Source of the DNA: a virus
DNA: 64,000 nucleotides
Reading direction: 5' to 3' (one strand)
Virus record (IMG/VR): IMGVR_UViG_3300045921_000191
Span: 32,001 to 96,000 of that record
Shown piece by piece: positions 58,047 through 64,000 of the stretch. The position numbers were made by a program, and so were the translations under genes. The notes beneath the pieces are model-generated. The model did no database searches. It worked only from the letters and a program-made list of their open reading frames with translations, and had not been told where the DNA came from. The stretch's first letter is position 1. Every line of letters starts with the position of its first letter.

Positions 58047-58360
58047 TTGTCTTCCTCTTCTTCACCAGAAACATATTGTTTTTGGCTTCGATATTCTTTA
58101 GCTATTTTATCAAGCTTTTTTACGGATCTCTCAAGTTCGTTACGAAAAAAGAACCAAGCGTCTCGGTACTTCTTTTCATCACTGCGCATGAAATCCATTT
58201 GCAAGTCTCTGCCGACGCCGAGTGGATCTTCAAATAAAAAGACTGCCACAAGTCTATCGTTTTTGCCAAGAGAATGTTCCATACCCAAATACTTAAGACC
58301 TTGCCCAAGTAAGTATGGTGCAAGTGCTAAATTATCTGTTCTAAAGACTTTTTCCGACAT
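58043..58360 (-). CDS. Hypothetical protein (DUF5659-like)
   Basis: FRTDNLALAPYL...G.....FLFED pattern; AGGAG RBS. Confidence 0.55.
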   Translation of the reverse strand: MSEKVFRTDNLALAPYLLGQGLKYLGMEHSLGKNDRLVAVFLFEDPLGVGRDLQMDFMRSDEKKYRDAWFFFRNELERSVKKLDKIAKEYRSQKQYVSGEEEEDK

Positions 58361-58415
58361 TGCTTCTCCTGATAGCAGGATAACCTAATAATAACACACA
58401 AGCAAGGGGATTTAT

Positions 58416-58499
58416 AAGAGAAAGGTGCCCCTAGGAGAACCCTAGGGGCTTTAGGAAAGGAAGGCCAGAAAGACCTTACAAGGAGTTGCACCTTGCAAC
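58416..58499 (-). ncRNA. Candidate small RNA with three hairpins and an anti-SD-like linker
   Basis: Extended -10 TGaTATACT (58504-58512); hairpins CAAGG-TGCAACT-CCTTG, AAGGTC-TTTCT-GGCCTT and GCCCCTAGG-GTTCT-CCTAGGGGC; pyrimidine tail; no plausible ORF. Confidence 0.5.
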
Positions 58500-58516
58500 T
58501 TCGAGTATATCAGAAC

Positions 58517-59125
58517 TCAGAGAAACTTTCTCCATGACTCGTTTTGATACGTTCCGTCAAATCGGTTGCCTTTGGAATCGTTCTCAAAGGCTGATAAATA
58601 TTGGAGATTAGCTGGAACATGTAGGCCGCAAACATCATCGCTTTCCAAGGGAATTATGTGATCAACGTGATATCCTTTTGGGCAATTGGCATAAATCTCT
58701 TTTAGTACTTTACGGTCAATCCAAGGAGGGGTGGCTTGTTTCTTAAGGGCTCTACGGTAGGCTGATTTTTCTCGATTAACAGCTTTACCTTTTTCAGTTT
58801 TGATATATTTTCGGTTGTGTGCGTTTATCCTGTCTTTATTAGCTCTTTGATAAATTCTGTGAGAGTCTTTTATATGTTGAGCGTTGTCTTTTCGCCAAAC
58901 TTCCATGATTAGTTTCTGTTTATTTTTATCGCGAGTTTCTACGGCATATTTCAAATGCTCTGCACAACGGGTACGACTTGTTAAACATTTATTTTGACAA
59001 CCAGTAGTAGCTGTACATAGTCCTAACTCTTTCTTCCATAAAACCATAAACTTAGATTTAGTTAGACCAAGTGCTTCTGCGGCTTTTCTTATAGATCCTG
59101 TTTCTTTTAATTTTTCATCATACAT
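58517..59125 (-). CDS. Free-standing HNH homing endonuclease
   Basis: ATPPW...YHVDHIIPL...VCGLHVPANLQYL...N..KGN. Confidence 0.88.
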   Translation of the reverse strand: MYDEKLKETGSIRKAAEALGLTKSKFMVLWKKELGLCTATTGCQNKCLTSRTRCAEHLKYAVETRDKNKQKLIMEVWRKDNAQHIKDSHRIYQRANKDRINAHNRKYIKTEKGKAVNREKSAYRRALKKQATPPWIDRKVLKEIYANCPKGYHVDHIIPLESDDVCGLHVPANLQYLSAFENDSKGNRFDGTYQNESWRKFL

Positions 59126-59131
59126 ACGATT

Positions 59132-59160
59132 ATTATTACACGAATTGCATCCAAAGTCAA
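59132..59160 (-). promoter_or_regulatory. Promoter of the HNH gene
   Basis: TTGACT-N16/17-(T)AATAAT ending 6 nt before the ATG. Confidence 0.45.
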
Positions 59161-59161
59161 C

Positions 59162-59198
59162 AAAAAAGAACCCCCGATATCCGAAGATACCGAGGGTT
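59162..59198 (-). terminator. Rho-independent terminator after the capsid gene
   Basis: AACCCTCGGTATC-TTCG-GATATCGGGGGTT followed by CTTTTTT. Confidence 0.85.
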
Positions 59199-59230
59199 TG
59201 AATTAGTTAATATTATTAACTAGTTACCTA

Positions 59231-60682
59231 TTATGCCGCACGGCCAATGTTTTCAAAAATGAAACATTTACGGGGAGCAAACACAATTGGACAACCGTAA
59301 AGCAGTTGCATCCAACGGTAAGACGTTGCAATGATTGCCAAATCCATCTTCATCAGAGGAGCCAATTGCTTAAAGCGCATGACTTCTGAATCATTGCTCA
59401 ACAAGAAGGCTTGAGCCAGACCAGGCAATTTGTGGTTTGCGTCCACGAAGGTAGCAGCGCCGCCAACAGCAGCAGGAGCAACATAACCGATAAACTCATG
59501 ATTAGCACCAGCGCCGTCTTTAGGAGAACGGTACACAGCGTAAGCAATAGCGCCAGCGGTAGCAGCAATCGTAAGAGTAACAGCGTCACCAGCGGCAACA
59601 GTTACGTCCGACGTAGCGGCGCTGGCAGGACCTTCGCCAGCGTCAGTAAGTGCAGTAATGCGGTAATCGTAATCACCAGCATCAGCGGCAGCAAACTTGC
59701 TCAAAGCGTTAGGAGCAGCAGCAACAGTAGGAACAGCGGGAGTGGTTGCATGAACGGGAGCACGGGGAGTGCGAAGAGGACGCAAGAACACGTCGCTCAT
59801 AAGTTGGAATTCGCCAGCAGCAGCCACAAAGGACTGAAGCACAAAACCAGCTTTACCGTTTTGAACGCCCATAGGATTAACGCGCTCTTTAGGATAAAAT
59901 TGACGACCAAGATCGCTATGCGATTTAGTGTCAAGCATCATGAGGTTGGCCAAACCGAAGTTCTCGCTAACTACTCGTGCGCCGTCTTCCAAAGCATCTT
60001 CGTCAAGAACGTCAGCGCGTTGATCGCGAATAACGTCTTCAGCAATGCCATATCCAACGAAAGCTTTTGCTTGAGCCGAAGCATCAGCGTTGCCTTTGCG
60101 AATTTGTTTGTCAAGACCATCCCAAGCGTTATCAGCATCAAGAACGGCAGCGTCAGAACCATTAAACTGACCAGCCGAGCTGTAGTGACCACGACCGTCA
60201 AACAAAGCTCGCTCAACGATTTCGAGGATACGCATAGTACCGTTACGAATTTCACGAGCGATGGCGTCACCGTGAGCGTTTCGAACTAGCGTGTAAACGT
60301 GAGTCAATTCACGGGTAACACCCACAAATCGAACGCGTTGGATTTGACGGCTGTAGCTAGCGTCTTCAGAACGGGGCAGAGCGCCTTCGTTAATGAAGCC
60401 ACGACCTTGATCGCCGAAAGCGTCAACTCGATTGTATTGTTCAATCGTGTTGTAAGCTTGATCTTTAGCAATGATCGGCCACAGTTTGATTTGTTTCATT
60501 TCATAGGTAACGGATTTCAAGCTAGAATCCAGAGATTCTACCTGAAGGACGCCGCCGCCCGAAAGGGCAGTCGGAGCACCAGCGTACCCAGCGCCAGCAC
60601 TAAGGGCTTTGTTCAGTTCTTCTACTTCAGCAGCAGAAGCCTGTCCAGTTCCTTCGCCAAAGTTTACAAAATTATATTCCAT
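59231..60682 (-). CDS. Major capsid protein (SPO1/Twort-like HK97 fold with an Fn3-like insertion)
   Basis: ELNKALSAG...GGGVLQVESLD, EQYNR, F..EG, ERALFDG, WDGL, QLAPLMKMDLA; strong codon bias; follows protease and scaffold. Confidence 0.92.
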   Translation of the reverse strand: MEYNFVNFGEGTGQASAAEVEELNKALSAGAGYAGAPTALSGGGVLQVESLDSSLKSVTYEMKQIKLWPIIAKDQAYNTIEQYNRVDAFGDQGRGFINEGALPRSEDASYSRQIQRVRFVGVTRELTHVYTLVRNAHGDAIAREIRNGTMRILEIVERALFDGRGHYSSAGQFNGSDAAVLDADNAWDGLDKQIRKGNADASAQAKAFVGYGIAEDVIRDQRADVLDEDALEDGARVVSENFGLANLMMLDTKSHSDLGRQFYPKERVNPMGVQNGKAGFVLQSFVAAAGEFQLMSDVFLRPLRTPRAPVHATTPAVPTVAAAPNALSKFAAADAGDYDYRITALTDAGEGPASAATSDVTVAAGDAVTLTIAATAGAIAYAVYRSPKDGAGANHEFIGYVAPAAVGGAATFVDANHKLPGLAQAFLLSNDSEVMRFKQLAPLMKMDLAIIATSYRWMQLLYGCPIVFAPRKCFIFENIGRAA

Positions 60683-60705
60683 TTGAATGTATCTCCTTTG
60701 ACAAA

Positions 60706-61473
60706 TTATTGATTACGTTTTTGAGTTTCGCTCATTACGAGAGCTTTGATCTGACCATTGGAGATATTTCCAGTGGCCTCAAATTCTGCAACATGATGCG
60801 AGGTTACACCCTTACCAGATTTTTGAAGGTCGAGCATAGTGTCAAGCACTTGAGATTTGCTGATAGTAACGGAATCTTGTGTTCCGCTCTTAGCAAGAGT
60901 TTCAAGAGTATCAATGCTGCGTTTATCGTAGGCAGGTTGGGATGAAAGTTTTTTAATTTGTTCAGAAAGACTCTTAATAAGGTCATTCTGAGCATTCATA
61001 GATTTTTTAAGTTCTTCGACTTGAGCGCTAGTAATGTCACTCACTGCTTTTGCAATATCTTCAGATTTCACCACTGTTTCCTCTTCTTGTTCAGCGCGCC
61101 AAGCTTTGACGAGTTCAAGTTCGTCTTCTTCAAGAATATCAGAAAGCTCTTCGATAGACTTTTTCATGGACTTTTTCTTTTCCATTTTTTCTTCGTCTTT
61201 ATCTTCTTTCTCGTCTTCTTTGCAAGCAGAGGCTTTTTCCATCTCGTCTTTCTTTTTCTTTTCGTCTTCTTCAGACTTCTTAGCTTTCTCTGCTTTATCG
61301 TCTTCTTCTTTTTTCTTAGCAGCAGCTTCAGAAAGCTTCATCTCTTCGGTCTTCGGTGAGCCCGATTTGATTTCATCCTTTCCACCATTTTGAGCTTCGT
61401 TGTTCAACCCTTTTTCAAGAGCGTCGTCAACGAGAGTCTCGATGGTTTCCTGGATTTCTTGTTTATTTGCCAT
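60706..61473 (-). CDS. Capsid scaffolding protein
   Basis: Highly charged coiled coil with many xxKS/KA sites, between protease and capsid genes. Confidence 0.75.
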   Translation of the reverse strand: MANKQEIQETIETLVDDALEKGLNNEAQNGGKDEIKSGSPKTEEMKLSEAAAKKKEEDDKAEKAKKSEEDEKKKKDEMEKASACKEDEKEDKDEEKMEKKKSMKKSIEELSDILEEDELELVKAWRAEQEEETVVKSEDIAKAVSDITSAQVEELKKSMNAQNDLIKSLSEQIKKLSSQPAYDKRSIDTLETLAKSGTQDSVTISKSQVLDTMLDLQKSGKGVTSHHVAEFEATGNISNGQIKALVMSETQKRNQ

Positions 61474-62311
61474 CTTCAGTCTCCTTAAACTTTGTGAAAG
61501 TATCTAACACTGCCTTGACGAGATCTTTAGGATCTTCTTCAGGAAATAGTTCAATTACTTGCTCACAGATTGATTTTAGCATTGCCTTTTGACTTTTTTT
61601 GTCTGCTTTGTTAATTTTCTTAACCTTTCTCTCCAAAGACTCTTTCATTAGAGTAGATCCACCAGTCTTTTGACTCGGTGCGCTAGAATCGGCTCCTGCC
61701 GACATAGCTTTCACTACAGCGTCCTGGATTAGAGCAGAAAGTTCAGCTTTATTGATAGTGATGCTCTCTTGAGCTGGGTCAATATCAGGTTGTAAATTGG
61801 GATCATTCATCGATTTTACCAAATCAACGTATGTATATGGATTTACAGGGTCTAATGTGAGGGCTACCTTCTCGACGCGAGCTTTCCGAATGGTGCTTTT
61901 GTTCATCGCGTCTCGTTGGAGAATTTTACCCTCAATGCTCAAATGAACACGAGGACCAGCGGACTTTTTGATAGACTTCAAGATATTGAAGAAAGCTTTA
62001 GATCGATCCTGGTGCTTAAACAGATAGCCATCTACTTCTAGAACCGTCTTACCATCTTGGGTTTTAAAATTCGCATCTTCAATGGCACCTAGAATATTCT
62101 CAGGACCTTTTTGATGATCGTAATTGAATATGCCACGACCTGCCTTCAAAAGGCTAATGTCGAGACCGCTTTGATCAACGTTCTCACCTTGAAGATCTAC
62201 GTCTGGAGTCGAAGCAATGCCCCTAATTCTCCAGTCACCATCTTCATCTTCGGCTTTCACAAGATCAACAGGCATGTGAAATTGGAATGATTTCAATACT
62301 TTATCAGACAT
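61463..62311 (-). CDS. Prohead protease
   Basis: IRGIAST..VDLQGE....GLD, FNYDH (His), LSIEG (Ser), VALT..PVNP.T. Confidence 0.88.
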   Translation of the reverse strand: MSDKVLKSFQFHMPVDLVKAEDEDGDWRIRGIASTPDVDLQGENVDQSGLDISLLKAGRGIFNYDHQKGPENILGAIEDANFKTQDGKTVLEVDGYLFKHQDRSKAFFNILKSIKKSAGPRVHLSIEGKILQRDAMNKSTIRKARVEKVALTLDPVNPYTYVDLVKSMNDPNLQPDIDPAQESITINKAELSALIQDAVVKAMSAGADSSAPSQKTGGSTLMKESLERKVKKINKADKKSQKAMLKSICEQVIELFPEEDPKDLVKAVLDTFTKFKETEDGK

Positions 62312-62367
62312 ATTTCCTCAAAGCGTTCAACGCTAGATTACAGAATAGCACGGAAGAAGTTGATTTT

Positions 62368-62646
62368 TCACAGATCGGTGGTTTGGCGTAGCTTCTCTAT
62401 GGCTTTCTTTTCGATAGTAGTCACGGCTGAAATCGACATGTGCAATAAGCTGGCGATTTCTTGCAAAGTGTGTGGACGTAGGTTTGCTTTTAAATACGTG
62501 AAGAAGCAATTAAAATGCTCAGGCGAGTCTACCCACCATTCTTCAGGACTTTCATTACAACGACAGCCATCTAAGTGCTGTACGACTTTTTCACTCATAT
62601 TTTTAATTTGACAGAAATTCTTAATAAAGTCAATCAAATTAATCAT
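62368..62646 (-). CDS. Stand-alone sigma-70 region 4-like HTH protein
   Basis: HTLQEIASLLHMSISAVTTIEKKAIEKLR. Confidence 0.75.
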   Translation of the reverse strand: MINLIDFIKNFCQIKNMSEKVVQHLDGCRCNESPEEWWVDSPEHFNCFFTYLKANLRPHTLQEIASLLHMSISAVTTIEKKAIEKLRQTTDL

Positions 62647-62707
62647 TTATGCACAGCGTTATATGGTGTCTAATATTTATACATTGACAAAATGATTTTT
62701 TTATGAT

Positions 62708-62728
62708 ACTAGTAAGCAAGTTACTAGT
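62708..62728. promoter_or_regulatory. Inverted repeat, possible operator
   Basis: ACTAGTAA-N5-TTACTAGT, just downstream of TTGACA (62684-62689) in the divergent intergenic region. Confidence 0.4.
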
Positions 62729-62938
62729 CTTTAAACGCAATACCCTTTTATAAAAACAAAAGCTACCGTTAAGTGTAGCACTTTTCTAGCCTAGTGACTA
62801 CGTATTATTTAACTACGCGCTCGCATTCACACTAAAAGCCAAAGCTCTGTCTAAAATAGACCCTCTCCTAAGATAAAAACTTTTATGTTAATTAAAATTT
62901 TTTACAAAAGCTCAATAATGTTCCGCTTTTAAAAGTAC

Positions 62939-62967
62939 TTGACAAATCTAGTTAAGTTAGCTATAGT
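62939..62967 (+). promoter_or_regulatory. Strong sigma70 promoter (leaderless configuration)
   Basis: TTGACA-N17-TATAGT ending 6 nt before the ATG at 62974; AT-rich upstream. Confidence 0.75.
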
Positions 62968-62973
62968 ATCGAG

Positions 62974-63171
62974 ATGTTACTCGATTACCAAGACGAAATC
63001 GTAAAACTAGAAGATGAAAAATTTAAAGTTATTTTACGTTACGGAGAGTGTGAATTCGTAGCGGAGCGTCTAGCTTCGCTGGATAAAAAATTAGAAAGGT
63101 TATACGAATGGCTGGCAACAGAGAAATCAAAGGACTCTTTGGATCGCCTAAACCGAAAGCTGATGTCATGA
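62974..63171 (+). CDS. Hypothetical protein
   Basis: 65-aa ORF behind a near-consensus promoter; ATGA overlap with the next gene. Confidence 0.65.
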   Translation: MLLDYQDEIVKLEDEKFKVILRYGECEFVAERLASLDKKLERLYEWLATEKSKDSLDRLNRKLMS

Positions 63172-64000
63172 GGGTTTGGTCGGACGGACATATCATTCAT
63201 ACCAAACGGCAAATCGACTCCTTGAATTTTGTGATGCATTACGGTTCTCCTGCGTGTTGGGAAGGAATTCGTTCATATCTACAAAGTAATGGCACCACTA
63301 AAATTTGGAAGCTAGAAGAACATGTCAAGCGTTTGTTCGATTCCGCGAAGATCCTAGGAATAGAAATTCCATTCACTCAATACGATATACAAGAAGCCTG
63401 CCGCCGCGTAGTGGAAGCAAACGGTAATGGCGATTTATATTTGCGTCCTATCGTTTACTCGACCCAGGACGCGGAATCAGTTCGTCAAGTAGATTATAAA
63501 ATTGCAGTAGATATTTATGCATTCCCAATAGCTAAATTAGGCCGAGAAGAAGGTATTACTGCTAAAATTGCTTCTATGGCCCGCGGCTATCCACAATTTC
63601 AAATGCAATGTAAGAATCCTGCAAATTACGCAATTTTAAATAATCTTAAGAATGAAATGGCAGGAGTGGACGAATTACTATTTTGTGACAATCAAGGATA
63701 CGTAGTTGAGGCCACCGTGGCAAATCTTTTCATAGTTAGAGGTGATCAAGTGTTTACCCCACCCAATGAAGGATCAATTCTTCCTGGTATAACTCGAAGA
63801 ACTGTGGCCGAGATTTTGGGGGACAACGCTATGATGTTTTCAAAATATAATAAACACGTAAAAGTTATGGAAAAGCGCATAACACGCCCAGATCTTTATA
63901 CCGCAGACGAAGTGTTTATGTGTGGTACTTTTGCTGAAATTGTCCCAATTATACAAATCGATGGAAGAATTATTGCTGACGGAAAGCCTGGATTTTATAG
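63168..64000 (+). CDS. ilvE: Branched-chain amino acid aminotransferase (PLP fold IV); runs off the window
   Basis: Not in the ORF track. Manual translation: MRVWSDG...MHYG..CWEGIRSY...EEHVKRLFDSAKI...YLRP...CKNPANY...EATVANLF...ILPGITR...ADEVFMCGT.AEIVPI..IDG. Confidence 0.9.
   Translation, partial: MRVWSDGHIIHTKRQIDSLNFVMHYGSPACWEGIRSYLQSNGTTKIWKLEEHVKRLFDSAKILGIEIPFTQYDIQEACRRVVEANGNGDLYLRPIVYSTQDAESVRQVDYKIAVDIYAFPIAKLGREEGITAKIASMARGYPQFQMQCKNPANYAILNNLKNEMAGVDELLFCDNQGYVVEATVANLFIVRGDQVFTPPNEGSILPGITRRTVAEILGDNAMMFSKYNKHVKVMEKRITRPDLYTADEVFMCGTFAEIVPIIQIDGRIIADGKPGFY

Noticed and set aside
58478-58497. tRNA gene suggested by a T-arm-like hairpin
   Set aside because: No acceptor, D or anticodon arm can be built around it; kept only as part of the sRNA candidate.
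59411-60712. Long plus-strand ORFs (292 aa and 137 aa) antisense to the capsid gene
   Set aside because: Shadow ORFs expected from strong codon bias; Ser-rich with no motifs or RBS. The same applies to the other short antisense and off-frame ORFs in the track.
1-64000. Stop-codon reassignment (alternative genetic code)
   Set aside because: Long conserved genes are intact in the standard code and TAA, TAG and TGA all terminate genes.

Overview
A 64-kb segment of a large contractile-tailed (myovirus-like) dsDNA phage in the standard genetic code. Almost all genes are on the minus strand. Left part (1-13.5 kb), replication and recombination: dNMP kinase, metallophosphoesterase, family A DNA polymerase (Leu at the Pol I 762-equivalent position), AEP primase-DnaB helicase fusion, PhaR-like regulator, single-strand annealing protein, Cas4-like nuclease, GroEL, and an SF2 helicase. 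Middle and right (13.8-62.3 kb), virion morphogenesis: tail fibre/adhesin paralogs, baseplate (including a 1451-aa J-like protein), tape measure, tube, sheath, neck, lysis genes, decoration-like paralogs, major capsid protein, scaffold and prohead protease. Portal and terminase were not recognised in the window. At the right end, a divergent operon carries a branched-chain aminotransferase. Best finding: the SF2 helicase is fractured into two overlapping genes by what looks like a naturally split intein; the N-intein half still carries a C2H2 zinc finger/NUMOD3/Vsr-like homing endonuclease, and the 48-aa C-intein half has its own RBS. Other highlights: a candidate three-hairpin sRNA with 12-nt complementarity to a phage RBS, several leaderless-type promoters, two degenerate homing endonucleases, and a recurring [LIMV]xK[SAG] motif in the head proteins. 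All calls come from reading motifs by eye; no database searches were run.
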